Below, piece after piece: positions 1 through 9,583 of a DNA stretch of 64,000 bases (positions are counted from its first letter, which is position 1; every line of letters begins with the position of its first letter). A model generated the notes under the pieces. It was not told the DNA's origin. It searched no databases and worked only from the letters and a program-made list of their open reading frames with translations. The translations under genes and the position numbers were made by a program. The stretch lies in IMG/VR virus record IMGVR_UViG_3300015370_001134, positions 6,521 to 70,520 of that record; one strand, 5' to 3'. This DNA is from a virus. Taxonomy: Duplodnaviria; Caudoviricetes.

Positions 1-1219
1 CCTGGACAGTGTTGCGGGTCACAAGGCATGAAAAAGACGGTCTGCCGCCGCTTAAATCTTCTGTGGCAATTCCCATGAATGCATATTTGGCAATGCCCTG
101 ATAAATAAAAGGCTCTTTGATGATTTCATCCCAGAACATCCAGTAAAGATCCGTATTTGTCCGCACTTCTGTATCGTCCGCTGTTGTGCGGGTCAGCCGC
201 ATGTCATACTGGTCGGCTTCAAGATCCGGAATGGTGTATATCTCCCTGATGGCTTCGGTGGTGGCGCCGGACAAGGTAAATGAACCGTGATTGATCCAGT
301 AAGTATCAGATGATTTTTTATATTCGATCGTAAAGGAAGCAGATCTTTCATCCAGTCCGGCCTGGTCGTTTGAATAGTACATGCCGGACGGTGCGCTGAC
401 AATAATCTTGAGTTCTTCCACCAGCGTCCCGTCTGTTGTACGGGTCTGGGCACTGCCATGCATCAGCTTGGCTGCGTTAACACTTTTCTGGGAATGGACA
501 TTTTCAAACCCTGGGATCAGCTCATCATTCAGTGTGCCCAGGCGGGTTTCAATGGTGACATCCTTAAAATACGAATACGGCTGATTATTGATCCGGACAT
601 CCGTGATAGAGTCCACCTGATGCCCGCAAAGCCCCATCAGCACATACAGCACTTCCTTGTTATTTTTAATGTCAATATACTGATTCAGCACCTGGCCGTA
701 CATGCGGTTTGTGCCGTAAATATCATAAATTGCCGTGCCTTCCACCACCGTCTGGCTTAAATCCCCCCAGCCATATGCCTGGGCAGATTTATCGTATGAA
801 CTGCTGGATGTAAGCTCGCTTTGCTGCGGTGCCACAAGGCCCATGACATAGTTCAGGCCCGCGCCGATGGCAAAAATAGTTGCTGCAAACACTCCGACAT
901 ATACCGCTGCCATGCCATAGGCACCTGCTGCCAGCAGAGTCGAAAAAGAAGCACCCGCCGCCCAGGTGGCAACCATCGCACCTACTTCAAAATTCACTTT
1001 GACACTGATGGCAACGATATCCCCGGCTTTTACCGGAACCTGGTCAAACGGCGCTGTGATAATATGCCCGTTCACAGCAGCCACACAGGTTAATCCATCC
1101 ATCACCGGCAACCGGCTGTTAATATAGGTATCCAGAGACTTGCCGGTAAATTCGACAGTTTCCTTCTCATTTTTGAGCGGCTCACATGGATTAAGTATTT
1201 TAACGATCAGTACCGACAT
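1..1219 (-). CDS. Tail tip / central tail fibre (lambda J-like) protein, 3' end runs off the window; N-terminus has a beta-grasp-like (gpI-like) segment
   Basis: Not in the ORF track. Manual translation from ATG at 1219: MSVLIVKILNPCEPLKNEKETVEFTG...VAAVNGHII...VKAGDIVAISVKV...YGWG...IYDIYGTNRMYGQVLNQYI...LMGLCGHQVDSITDVRIN; read open to the window edge; follows the K-like gene. Confidence 0.75.
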   Translation of the reverse strand, partial: MSVLIVKILNPCEPLKNEKETVEFTGKSLDTYINSRLPVMDGLTCVAAVNGHIITAPFDQVPVKAGDIVAISVKVNFEVGAMVATWAAGASFSTLLAAGAYGMAAVYVGVFAATIFAIGAGLNYVMGLVAPQQSELTSSSSYDKSAQAYGWGDLSQTVVEGTAIYDIYGTNRMYGQVLNQYIDIKNNKEVLYVLMGLCGHQVDSITDVRINNQPYSYFKDVTIETRLGTLNDELIPGFENVHSQKSVNAAKLMHGSAQTRTTDGTLVEELKIIVSAPSGMYYSNDQAGLDERSASFTIEYKKSSDTYWINHGSFTLSGATTEAIREIYTIPDLEADQYDMRLTRTTADDTEVRTNTDLYWMFWDEIIKEPFIYQGIAKYAFMGIATEDLSGGRPSFSCLVTRNTVQ

Positions 1220-1595
1220 AACGATAATATCCTATGATGTGCTGCTGCCATTTGTGTATTCTGTCAATCACCACGGACCGGTTCAGCGTGACGTGGATCA
1301 TCCGGCCGTTGCCGATAAACACACCGATATGATGCGCAAAGTCAGGGTCCATGGACCGGATCAACACTCCGCAGGGTTCCTCCGGCGTTGATATCGGTGC
1401 CCAGTATTTTGCCGCATGGGTCTGGATTTCCTGCATGGATGCCTGCTTGCATGCGCACACAGATATATTTGTCCGTGGCAGGTCAATGCCGTAGCGCCGG
1501 AACACTTCAACAGCCAGCCCGTAGCAGGAATAATTGTCCGGGCCGTAGCCGTCCGCATCAAAGGGTTTACCCATCAGATCATTAAAATCCATCAT
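1200..1595 (-). CDS. Tail assembly protein, NlpC/P60 family (lambda K-like)
   Basis: YSCYGL catalytic Cys and HHIGVFIGNGRMIH motif; position between L-like and J-like genes. Confidence 0.85.
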   Translation of the reverse strand: MMDFNDLMGKPFDADGYGPDNYSCYGLAVEVFRRYGIDLPRTNISVCACKQASMQEIQTHAAKYWAPISTPEEPCGVLIRSMDPDFAHHIGVFIGNGRMIHVTLNRSVVIDRIHKWQQHIIGYYRYVGTDR

Positions 1596-2206
1596 GCTAA
1601 AAATCCTTTTCTGCCAACGCCTGGGAATCCGCAGTACCTCAAAGAATTACCCAGCTCCCGGCAGCGGGCCAGGGTTTTGTTGCAGGTGGTTTCTTCACCA
1701 GTATAACCACAGGTAGAGTCTTTGAACTTGACCGTGTTCCGGCCATGATTTTTGAAGTATCGGTCCTGGGGATCACGCACCAGCGTAAGATTGGGAACGC
1801 TCAGCGTCAGAGTGACTTTGTTGGCATGATCCACATGCGCACCCATGATTTTAAACAGGCGCTTGCTCCAGGGCGTGGTCTCTTCCAGGTGCCCGGAATG
1901 CACCATATATATCCAGACGTCCGCGCCGTTGCCGCCGCCGTACTTATCTATAAGGGGCGAAATATCCCGGTTGGGATCAATAAACGCCAGTGGTATGGAC
2001 GGGATGCTGCCATCCTTGGTTTCATTAATGGGGGACAGCGCAAATGCCGCAGGCTGCCAGGTAATGCTGTTCCATACCACCTGAATATTGTTCAGGCATA
2101 TATTGACAGCATCTTCGTTGGGATAACAAATTTTAACCAGGATCAAAAACGCCTGGTTTGACGTGATCTTGTTTTTTTCAGCAAGGGCAGAAGCCGGAAG
2201 TGTCAT
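1592..2206 (-). CDS. Minor tail protein (lambda L-like / DUF1833-like)
   Basis: C-terminal Cys cluster (CGYTGEETTCNKTLARC...YCGFPG) typical of gpL; synteny. Confidence 0.75.
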   Translation of the reverse strand: MTLPASALAEKNKITSNQAFLILVKICYPNEDAVNICLNNIQVVWNSITWQPAAFALSPINETKDGSIPSIPLAFIDPNRDISPLIDKYGGGNGADVWIYMVHSGHLEETTPWSKRLFKIMGAHVDHANKVTLTLSVPNLTLVRDPQDRYFKNHGRNTVKFKDSTCGYTGEETTCNKTLARCRELGNSLRYCGFPGVGRKGFLA

Positions 2207-2208
2207 GG

Positions 2209-2547
2209 TTACACCTCACCGAATTTAATGGTGGTTTCCCACACATTACGCTTGATATTCAGGGTAAACGGGATGTCATCCTGAAGGAACACCACCTGAT
2301 AGACTGTGGTGTCGGTGATGTCCACGCTGTTAAGCTCAAAGATCCCGCCTTGCCAGGTGTCAAAGAATGTCTTGATTGCCGCTTTTTCAGCCGCAGTGGC
2401 CCGGACCGCCAGTTCAAATTCGGTTTTGATAAGTGTTGCCCGGGCAAAGGATATGGTGTATCCGGCAGATGATTTTTGCCGGTTCGCAGCCTTGGCAGGG
2501 GTATCTTTAAATCCTGTCACTGCGGCCGGTGTCGGAAACGTAGCCAT
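2209..2547 (-). CDS. Distal tail protein (lambda M-like)
   Basis: 112 aa immediately after tape measure; IKTFFDTWQGG...F pattern; synteny. Confidence 0.6.
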   Translation of the reverse strand: MATFPTPAAVTGFKDTPAKAANRQKSSAGYTISFARATLIKTEFELAVRATAAEKAAIKTFFDTWQGGIFELNSVDITDTTVYQVVFLQDDIPFTLNIKRNVWETTIKFGEV

Positions 2548-2550
2548 GTT

Positions 2551-4767
2551 TTATCCTCTCCCCAGGGCAGCATTCATACTGCCTTTGTATCCGCGATTGT
2601 TTTTGATATTTTCCAAAACAACACCGCACACCCAGGCCCCGCTGTCAAATCTGGGTTCCTGCCGCGTAACCTTGGTGTCTGATCCGGTCTTGTCAATGAC
2701 TTCAATGGTGATATTCACCGGCTGTGCCGGGCTGCTGACAACCGCCTTGACACCCATATCCCCGTTGGATGCCCGGAACAGCGGCGCTATGACTTCCGGG
2801 CTTTTTTCTCCCATGACACCCAGCCCGCCGCCATGGGCAAACAGCGTGGGCTTGTCCACAATGGTGTTCGTGAACATGCTGCCCTTTGCATATGCAGTAA
2901 TGCCGGTGGCATCATAGGCATTGCCATGGGCATTAAAAAAAGAAGAGATTGTCTTGCCCCAGGACGTGCCGCCTGCCCAGTCAAACAAATTGGCGGTTTC
3001 TTTTTGAATAATCATTTGCGTGATCATCTTCCCAAACGAAATCGCGATTTTATCAAAAGAAAACTCGGACTCCCAAAGCATATCGTTTAATGTGCTGGCA
3101 TATCCGGTTGCCCATCCAGAGAAGGCGTCCTTCATATATGAAAATTTTGTATCAGTAGATTCCTTTGCGGCCTTGGCTTCCTCATCATTGATTTTCTTTT
3201 CTTCCATCATGAACCACATGGCCAGGCCGACCTTGTCTTTTACATATTTATCATATTCATTGTATCTGGCCTGGAGCTGATCCCGCTCGAAGTCGTATGT
3301 GGTCATGGATATGCGCTTGTAATCTGTGGCAAATTCTTGATTGACGTCAGTGACTTTCTGCCAATGAGCGTCGATATCATGCAGGATTTTATCAAGTGCC
3401 GCCTGGATATCTTTTTCCATTTTCTCTGTTACCGGCTGTGTGCCATCGGATTTGCCCTTGCCGATTCCTGCACCGTCGAGGTCTTTTGCCCCGCCAAAAA
3501 GCTTTATGTCATTCGTTTTACTGGCCCACTCATCCACCTTGGACACAATCCCGTCCATCTGGTTTTTGATTTTTATATATTCAAGATAATTCTGTTTTGA
3601 TGCTTCATTTTCTTTTTCTGCCTCATAGGCTAATTCGGCACGCTTGATGATCATCTGTGTCATCATCTTCACGTTGCTTTCGTACAATTTATCGCCACCC
3701 ACCATTCTGGCATATTTGCCGGACCAGGTGTCCGGATCAAGCTGAGATTGCAAATCTTTTATAGATTGATCCAGATAGGATATCTGGGTCTCTTTTGCTT
3801 TGGCTTTCAGCTTTGCCCAGCCGCCCTGTATCAACTCCAGGGTCTGCAGAAAATAACCCGCGCCCAGGGTCATCACCCTGAAACTTTGCATTACCCAGAC
3901 AGCGGTGTTTTGCGCCCAGGTTTTCAGATCCATCTGGCCCTCGTTGGTGGATAAATAATCAAGGAATTCGCCCAGGCTCTCTTTCATGGCCTCGAACGGC
4001 CCGGAATCCATGACATCTTTTTTAAACATCGTCATCTTGTCCGACATGTTTGATGTCATGCCCGCCCAGGACGTAGAAAGCTCATCCATGCTGCCGTCAA
4101 AGCGAGTAAAAATTTTACTCAATGCTGTGGATATGCCGGATTGTGTTTTGTCAGCAGTCTGGGTCATGTCCCGGCCATTTTGCGACCATTTAAAAGTGAC
4201 TTTATCTCCCTCGGTACTGGTTTTGACGCCGAACTCTTTTAAACGCTCAAATTCTCCAACGACAGCATCTGCAAACATTTCAACTGTCTGGTTTAAACCT
4301 TTTCCCATGGCTGCGGCAGTATCTCCAAGAGTCCTCATCCATGTAGGGGCATTAAGGCCATAAGCCTCAAGCTTTACAAAAGACTCTGTAACCTGGTTCA
4401 GTTCATATGGAGTTTTAGCAGTAAATTCTGTTATCCAGGCCATTGATGCTTTAGCTCTGTCACTGGACCCGGTAATTGTTTTTAACTGGAGCTCATACCG
4501 CTCAAAAGAACTTGCTACAGCAATAAGGCTGGAAGCCGCTGATTTTAAATAAACTGTCAAACCAACAGAGACAAGACCTATCACAGCTGTTTTAAGGCTG
4601 ATGATACTGCTTGCGCTATTTTTTGCAGACTGGCTGAAAGCGTCAAAAGACGACTTGCCTTTCCTTCCGGTTTTTTCAGACTCGCGGCCAATGGTTTGAA
4701 GGACTTTTATGGAGCCCTTCTCATCCATCTTCAGCGTAATTTTTATAGTGCCGGTGTTTTCAGACAT
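2551..4767 (-). CDS. Tail tape measure protein
   Basis: 738 aa, Ala/helix-rich; tape-measure N-terminal motif (FTAKTPYELNQVTESFVKLEAYGL); C-terminal AHGGGLGVMGEKSPEVIAPL. Confidence 0.88.
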   Translation of the reverse strand: MSENTGTIKITLKMDEKGSIKVLQTIGRESEKTGRKGKSSFDAFSQSAKNSASSIISLKTAVIGLVSVGLTVYLKSAASSLIAVASSFERYELQLKTITGSSDRAKASMAWITEFTAKTPYELNQVTESFVKLEAYGLNAPTWMRTLGDTAAAMGKGLNQTVEMFADAVVGEFERLKEFGVKTSTEGDKVTFKWSQNGRDMTQTADKTQSGISTALSKIFTRFDGSMDELSTSWAGMTSNMSDKMTMFKKDVMDSGPFEAMKESLGEFLDYLSTNEGQMDLKTWAQNTAVWVMQSFRVMTLGAGYFLQTLELIQGGWAKLKAKAKETQISYLDQSIKDLQSQLDPDTWSGKYARMVGGDKLYESNVKMMTQMIIKRAELAYEAEKENEASKQNYLEYIKIKNQMDGIVSKVDEWASKTNDIKLFGGAKDLDGAGIGKGKSDGTQPVTEKMEKDIQAALDKILHDIDAHWQKVTDVNQEFATDYKRISMTTYDFERDQLQARYNEYDKYVKDKVGLAMWFMMEEKKINDEEAKAAKESTDTKFSYMKDAFSGWATGYASTLNDMLWESEFSFDKIAISFGKMITQMIIQKETANLFDWAGGTSWGKTISSFFNAHGNAYDATGITAYAKGSMFTNTIVDKPTLFAHGGGLGVMGEKSPEVIAPLFRASNGDMGVKAVVSSPAQPVNITIEVIDKTGSDTKVTRQEPRFDSGAWVCGVVLENIKNNRGYKGSMNAALGRG

Positions 4768-5015
4768 TGTTCAAGCCTTCCTAAATCCCGCCATTCTTCA
4801 TAAGTGAAATCGTTTGCTTCAAACGGATATCCTGCAACACGCAGGTTCCGGTTTTCCAGCAGTTTTATGGTGTAGGGGCCCAGACTTTCGTATCGCTTTG
4901 TCGGGCAGTTTTCACATGCCCAGTCAAGTTCCGGCCCATCACCACATTCTGCTTTGCATTTTTCATATTCTTTTTCAGTACACAGACCTGCCCGAAGTGC
5001 AGACAGGTCTGACAT
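4743..5015 (-). CDS. Tail assembly chaperone C-terminal (T-like) frame, probably expressed as a -1 frameshift fusion
   Basis: Lies in the -1 frame directly after G GGA AAC TAA of the upstream gene; between chaperone and tape measure. Confidence 0.7.
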   Translation of the reverse strand: MSDLSALRAGLCTEKEYEKCKAECGDGPELDWACENCPTKRYESLGPYTIKLLENRNLRVAGYPFEANDFTYEEWRDLGRLEQCLKTPAL

Positions 5016-5434
5016 TAGTTTCCCTCGGTATCTTCTCCATCAGAAGCTGCACTTTCCGGAGCGACAACCTGACTTGATCCATCAAAGACCTGGACAGCCA
5101 AAGTTTCGATCAGATCTGATGCGTGTTCTTTGATTACATTCTTCCAGTCCGGATCATAATTTTTTGATTTTGGATCCGAAGAAATATCCACCGGGTTACC
5201 ATCCACTCTTTTCTGGAAATCACCATCCCGGATGCCGGTCAGGATCTTCAGGCCATGTTCCAGTCTGTTTTCACCAATGCGGTTCTCAATATTGTTTTTA
5301 ACTCTTTTCATACCGCCGTTTCGGTATGAGATGATTTCTTTGGATGACGGCATGCGATACTGCAGATGGATTTTGCAATCAGACAAATTATCCTGGATGA
5401 TCATGGTGCTTGTTCCGCCTAAAACTCTTGGCAT
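5015..5434 (-). CDS. Tail assembly chaperone (G-like)
   Basis: Between major tail protein and tape measure; ends in a slippery heptamer. Confidence 0.7.
   Translation of the reverse strand: MPRVLGGTSTMIIQDNLSDCKIHLQYRMPSSKEIISYRNGGMKRVKNNIENRIGENRLEHGLKILTGIRDGDFQKRVDGNPVDISSDPKSKNYDPDWKNVIKEHASDLIETLAVQVFDGSSQVVAPESAASDGEDTEGN
5018..5024 (-). promoter_or_regulatory. -1 programmed ribosomal frameshift heptamer G GGA AAC
   Basis: Minus strand GAG GGA AAC TAA; the -1 frame reads GGG AAA CTA ATG TCA GAC... into the 90-aa ORF; X XXY YYZ form like lambda G/GT (GGGAAAG). Confidence 0.75.
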
Positions 5435-5448
5435 GTTATATCTCCTGT

Positions 5449-6729
5449 TTATTGAGCGTATCCGCTCTGAAGGTTTTTAACTTTCACGATGATGGAGCCA
5501 TATGTATCGTCCTGGAGGACGGTCATGTCTCCTTTCTCTCCCAGCCGTTTGCCGTTGACGCTGATGGGCGCTTCAAGCACCCCAAGTTTCGGGAAGATCA
5601 GTTCAACGCCGTACTTGTGACCGGTATCAAATTCCAGGCCCTCGGCAAGTATCCGGCAGCCGAACGTCTCATTGGTGTCCATATAGTTTTGCAGGATATA
5701 ATCCCGGAACTCACGGTCCAGCACCAGGGTCTGCTCGCGGCCATCCCGGAAATACCGGGTGGCATAAGACCCCCCAGCCCCCGGCGTATATTCCACATTG
5801 CCGTTATTGGCCAGGTTGTGCTCGATGGAATTAATTTCAGCGCCCATTTCACGACCGCCCACAAAGGCGGTGCCGTTCCATTTTCCGCCAATGCGGAACG
5901 TCAGCTCAGACACCCGCAGGGGAGTTTCTGCAACACGGGCCGGAAAGGTCATCCAGGTTTCTTCCGTGGGGGCATACAATACTTTGTAGGTCACATCCCC
6001 GGACGTGGCTGCAGGGGCAGTGATGGTGATCGCAGCAGGGGTGGCAGAAGACACGGCAGAAAACTCCACTTCTGTCCAGACACCGGATGCCAGCTCCACT
6101 TTGATCTGATGTATCGCATCCAGCCTCTCTGCAGCAGTGGCACCGGCCACACCATTGGCCGCAAGGGTCAGTGTGGTGACATCATCTGCAGCGGTGATAC
6201 TTTCTTCAACCACGGATGCGTCAAACTTGCCTGTACCCACGGCCTCTCCGGAGACCTTGCAGAAACTATCCTTTGCAAAGCTTGCAGTCACCTGGTTGAT
6301 AAACATAGAGGCATACCGTTCCCGGACAATGGTTTTTCCCAGGCGCTGGGCTGCTGTAAAAGACGGCTGGGATCGTGCGGTTTCCAAATCCCCGTCAATG
6401 GGGGTAATGGTGTGCAGCACACCGCTGCCTGCAGCAGATGCCGCAGCAGCGCCCAGGCCATATGCATATAAAAATGCAAAGTGCTGGGGCTGGGCTTTTT
6501 CAAAACTCAGCGGCAGGGCCGATGTTTTCCCCAGATCATAAATCGTGTCTGCCTCTTCCTTGCCCGTGGCCTCATCCTTGTTGCTTTCGCGCCGGGGTGT
6601 CCGGCTGATGATATTGTTGATATCTGCAAGCAAGGACAGGTCAAGGGTCTGGAATGTATTGATCGCAGTTTCAGCAGATCCTGCAGACACCGCAATCATA
6701 TTGTGATTGGCACGTATTGATCGTGACAT
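5449..6729 (-). CDS. Major tail (tube) protein
   Basis: 426 aa, beta/Ala/Thr-rich; upstream of the chaperone and downstream of the tail terminator. Confidence 0.7.
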   Translation of the reverse strand: MSRSIRANHNMIAVSAGSAETAINTFQTLDLSLLADINNIISRTPRRESNKDEATGKEEADTIYDLGKTSALPLSFEKAQPQHFAFLYAYGLGAAAASAAGSGVLHTITPIDGDLETARSQPSFTAAQRLGKTIVRERYASMFINQVTASFAKDSFCKVSGEAVGTGKFDASVVEESITAADDVTTLTLAANGVAGATAAERLDAIHQIKVELASGVWTEVEFSAVSSATPAAITITAPAATSGDVTYKVLYAPTEETWMTFPARVAETPLRVSELTFRIGGKWNGTAFVGGREMGAEINSIEHNLANNGNVEYTPGAGGSYATRYFRDGREQTLVLDREFRDYILQNYMDTNETFGCRILAEGLEFDTGHKYGVELIFPKLGVLEAPISVNGKRLGEKGDMTVLQDDTYGSIIVKVKNLQSGYAQ

Positions 6730-6908
6730 TATTTGCTCCTTTTCCTGTCAGTTTCAGGTTGCGGTACCGGCTTTGGTTTAATCTGTTCAAACCGGGTTTC
6801 ATAGCCTTTGGGTGCCTGGGGGTAGGTCGTGTCCTGCCGGTATGTTCTGCCGGCATCCGGACCGTCCACCACCACAAACGCCTCCTGGCCTTTTTTGAGT
6901 TTGACCAT
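6729..6908 (-). CDS. Small virion-region hypothetical protein (59 aa, MVKLKKGQEAFVVVDGPDAGR...)
   Basis: Manual call: RBS GAGGAG before ATG at 6908; stop overlaps the start of the major tail gene (TAATG). Confidence 0.65.
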   Translation of the reverse strand: MVKLKKGQEAFVVVDGPDAGRTYRQDTTYPQAPKGYETRFEQIKPKPVPQPETDRKRSK

Positions 6909-6911
6909 GGT

Positions 6912-7319
6912 TTACTCCTCTGTTTCGTATTGATAAGACAGGCCCTTTTGCAGTATCAGGCCCGATTTTGTGTACATGACCCTAATGGGTGTTTCTGATA
7001 CCGGGGACACGGCTTTGACATAGCCTGCCAGATAGTTTTCTGTCAGTTTTGCGCTGATGGTTTCGCCCAGGAGCAGAAAGTCTGTGATACAGTCATCCCC
7101 CGGCTGCAGCCTGTCATAATAATAGACATCCACCGGCAGAGACTTTTCAAGGACACCGCCCGCAAGCTCTGAAATATCGGTTTTGCCATCTTTGATGCCG
7201 ACACACGGGAACCGCACACCTGCCGGTATGATATCCGGGTCCGCGATCAGAAGGATATCCGTATCCCGGTCAACCACCCCGGACAATTGTGTTTGAATAA
7301 GCTGAATTAACTGTCTCAT
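6912..7319 (-). CDS. Putative tail terminator / tail completion protein
   Basis: 135 aa, FPCVGIKDG motif; position after the virion morphogenesis gene. Confidence 0.55.
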   Translation of the reverse strand: MRQLIQLIQTQLSGVVDRDTDILLIADPDIIPAGVRFPCVGIKDGKTDISELAGGVLEKSLPVDVYYYDRLQPGDDCITDFLLLGETISAKLTENYLAGYVKAVSPVSETPIRVMYTKSGLILQKGLSYQYETEE

Positions 7320-7783
7320 GATGGTCTATTCCCCATAACAATAAAATCTTTGCATGTTTCAACGAACTCCTGCAGGTCCGCTTTGCTGAACCCTAAAAAC
7401 TCACGTTTGGGTATGGTGACGGAACGATTCCTGCCCGCCTTGCCGCCCCGGTTATGGATGGCAGCATAAATCCGGTCAGAATAAATACCGGCGCTGTCCT
7501 TATCCGCATGAGGATGCACCAGGCGAAGGTATCCGTCCTGCTGCAGAATCTTGTCCATTTTGCCCTGATCGGCTTTGCGCTTGACCGTCATCGGTGACAG
7601 TGCCTGCCAGCGTGATCCGTCCGGGGCCTGTTCTTTTTTGAACCGATCATCTGTCTGCATGACCATGTATTCTGAAAACGCTTTCATGACCGGGTTCATA
7701 TTGCTGATCCGTCCCGATGCAGACTTTAGCGCCTGCTGCAGACCTGTATCATCAAAAATGAAGTGCACGCCGTCACCTGCCAT
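7316..7783 (-). CDS. Phage virion morphogenesis protein (Mu gpG-like)
   Basis: APDGSRWQALS, YAAIHNRGG, IPKREFLGFS motifs. Confidence 0.88.
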   Translation of the reverse strand: MAGDGVHFIFDDTGLQQALKSASGRISNMNPVMKAFSEYMVMQTDDRFKKEQAPDGSRWQALSPMTVKRKADQGKMDKILQQDGYLRLVHPHADKDSAGIYSDRIYAAIHNRGGKAGRNRSVTIPKREFLGFSKADLQEFVETCKDFIVMGNRPS

Positions 7784-7785
7784 GA

Positions 7786-8211
7786 TCAGAACCCCCTCAG
7801 CGAATCCCTGGAAAATATCCTGGGGCTTGTGGTGATGACTGGACCGTCATTGCTTTGGCTTGCAGGCGCAGATGCGGCGCTGGAAATTTTCACCTTTCCG
7901 GATGCCACTTTTTCCAGCCATTTAATGGCATCCTCGTATTTGGTGCGGACCTCTTCCGGGGCCTGACTGCGCCGGGAACAAATCTTGTAAATGGCAATAT
8001 CAACTGCAAAATTCAAAAGGATATCCGGGACAGGAGTCACCGGGACCGAATACCGGGATGCCAGATAAGAATCAATCAGCGCATCAGCGCCGGATATTGC
8101 CTTGTCCGTGACATCGGTGTTGATCGTGCCAGCGCCGGTATCGTCTGTAAACCGGATGATCTCGTCTTCATCCATCATGTCCTGGATATCGTTCAGGGTG
8201 CAGTAAGCCAT
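7786..8211 (-). CDS. Head-tail connector, Mu gp36 / DUF1320 family
   Basis: MAYCT start, ADALIDSYLASRYSVP, YEDAIKWLEKVASGK. Confidence 0.88.
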   Translation of the reverse strand: MAYCTLNDIQDMMDEDEIIRFTDDTGAGTINTDVTDKAISGADALIDSYLASRYSVPVTPVPDILLNFAVDIAIYKICSRRSQAPEEVRTKYEDAIKWLEKVASGKVKISSAASAPASQSNDGPVITTSPRIFSRDSLRGF

Positions 8212-8214
8212 GAA

Positions 8215-8544
8215 TTATGCCTCCGGTGGTGGTGCTGTGTTAATCAATAACAGATCAACCAGGACAGCTTTGGTGGCATCATCAGGATATTCAATCCCAA
8301 TGGCGTCGCATTCTTTCATCAGCTTGTCTTTGGTCATCTTTTCCAGCACCTTTCTGGCATGGGCCTCTTCCTCCGCATCCGGCTGTGGCAGATCCGGGAT
8401 GTGCTGGATTTCGATCAGGCGCTCTGCTTCCAACATGGCCACCTGATCCGGGGTCAACTGATCATCTTTAAAAATTACAGGTTCTCGGGTAAATGCTATC
8501 CCGGCCCGTCTGAACCCTTCGTTCAAGGATCGTATTTTATACAT
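8215..8544 (-). CDS. Mu-like prophage small head-associated protein with C-terminal HeH/Rho-N-like motif
   Basis: Start refined to MYKIRSL (RBS GGGAG); GFRRAGIAF motif; MTKDKLMKECDAIGIEYPDDATKAVLVDLL. Confidence 0.6.
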   Translation of the reverse strand: MYKIRSLNEGFRRAGIAFTREPVIFKDDQLTPDQVAMLEAERLIEIQHIPDLPQPDAEEEAHARKVLEKMTKDKLMKECDAIGIEYPDDATKAVLVDLLLINTAPPPEA

Positions 8545-8628
8545 TATCTTCTCCCGTGGTGTTGGTTTGGTGTGCCGGTCACCCGGCACACAGAAAAATC
8601 AATTCAACTTAAATCAATCTATTGTGGA

Positions 8629-9549
8629 TTATCCCAGACCGGTTGAACCATAAGACAGGGGCCACAATCCATACCCGCCAGCCGCTCTGGCTTCTGCGCC
8701 GAACAGGAATTTTTTACGTTTAAAAACAGTTTCAGTTTCTATATCTGTCATGGATACAAAAACCGGGGCCTTACGTTCCTGATAAATAAAGGGCTTGATG
8801 GGCCGGTTGGTAACATGCAGCATCCACTGGGTGGAGCTGGTCAGGCGCGGATTGACAACATAGGTGGCCGTGCCTTTATACGGGTTGGGCTTGTCATCTT
8901 CAAGCTTGTCGCTTTCGCAAAGCATTTTTGCCGTAGATTCAAGGGCAGGCCCAACCTCCAGCAGATCCGGCACCAGACCCAGGGGCCTGCCCTCGTCGTC
9001 TTTATAGGACATGATGGCCAGACGGGCAGCGCCATAGCCTGCAGCCGCCAGGGTTTTTGTGGCAGCAGACAAGACTGCCGTGCCTTTATTGGATACAGAG
9101 GATGCCCTGCCGTTTATATCTGTTACCGGGTGGTCTGTATCGTAAAAATACTGGCCGTCAAAGCATTTGCTCACAAAGGCATTGTTCTTCAGATCCGCGT
9201 CAATTTCATCCGGGAGCTGCTTTGCAGAAAATCCCGCATCCTGGGCCATGGGGGCATAGATACCGATATTGTCATCATCGATATCATTTCTGTCCACTTC
9301 CACGGTGGCTTCCCAGTCGTCATTGACAATGGTATATTTATGGGCGGCAAGCTTTCTGAAGACTTTGTCTCCCAGCCATTTGCGCATTTTCGGAAATCGG
9401 CCCAGCCAGGAATAATCATTCTGTGACCCGCCGGACGGAACCTTCATGGTGGTTTTTTCCCAGATGGACGGGGCCGCATCAAAGGCTTTGTTGAAAATGG
9501 TTTTCAACGTAATGAAAACCGCTGAGATGTTCGCTTTATTAACTAGCAT
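8629..9549 (-). CDS. Major head subunit (Mu gpT family)
   Basis: YSWLGRFPKMRKWLGDK, YTIVNDDWEATVEVDRNDIDDD, CFDGQYFYDTDHP motifs. Confidence 0.92.
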   Translation of the reverse strand: MLVNKANISAVFITLKTIFNKAFDAAPSIWEKTTMKVPSGGSQNDYSWLGRFPKMRKWLGDKVFRKLAAHKYTIVNDDWEATVEVDRNDIDDDNIGIYAPMAQDAGFSAKQLPDEIDADLKNNAFVSKCFDGQYFYDTDHPVTDINGRASSVSNKGTAVLSAATKTLAAAGYGAARLAIMSYKDDEGRPLGLVPDLLEVGPALESTAKMLCESDKLEDDKPNPYKGTATYVVNPRLTSSTQWMLHVTNRPIKPFIYQERKAPVFVSMTDIETETVFKRKKFLFGAEARAAGGYGLWPLSYGSTGLG

Positions 9550-9583
9550 GGTTTAATTCTCCCAAATTAAAATATATTTTTTA

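Noticed and set aside
1-1600. Mu-type invertible tail-fibre (gin) cassette or mom gene
   Set aside because: Not visible in this window; if present it would lie beyond the left edge.
5410-6471. 353-aa plus-strand ORF and many similar plus-strand ORFs across 1-24000
   Set aside because: Antisense shadows of well-supported minus-strand phage genes, with no motifs.
6671-6877. 68-aa ORF from the track
   Set aside because: An alternative frame (6729-6908) has the RBS and stop/start coupling, so it is preferred.
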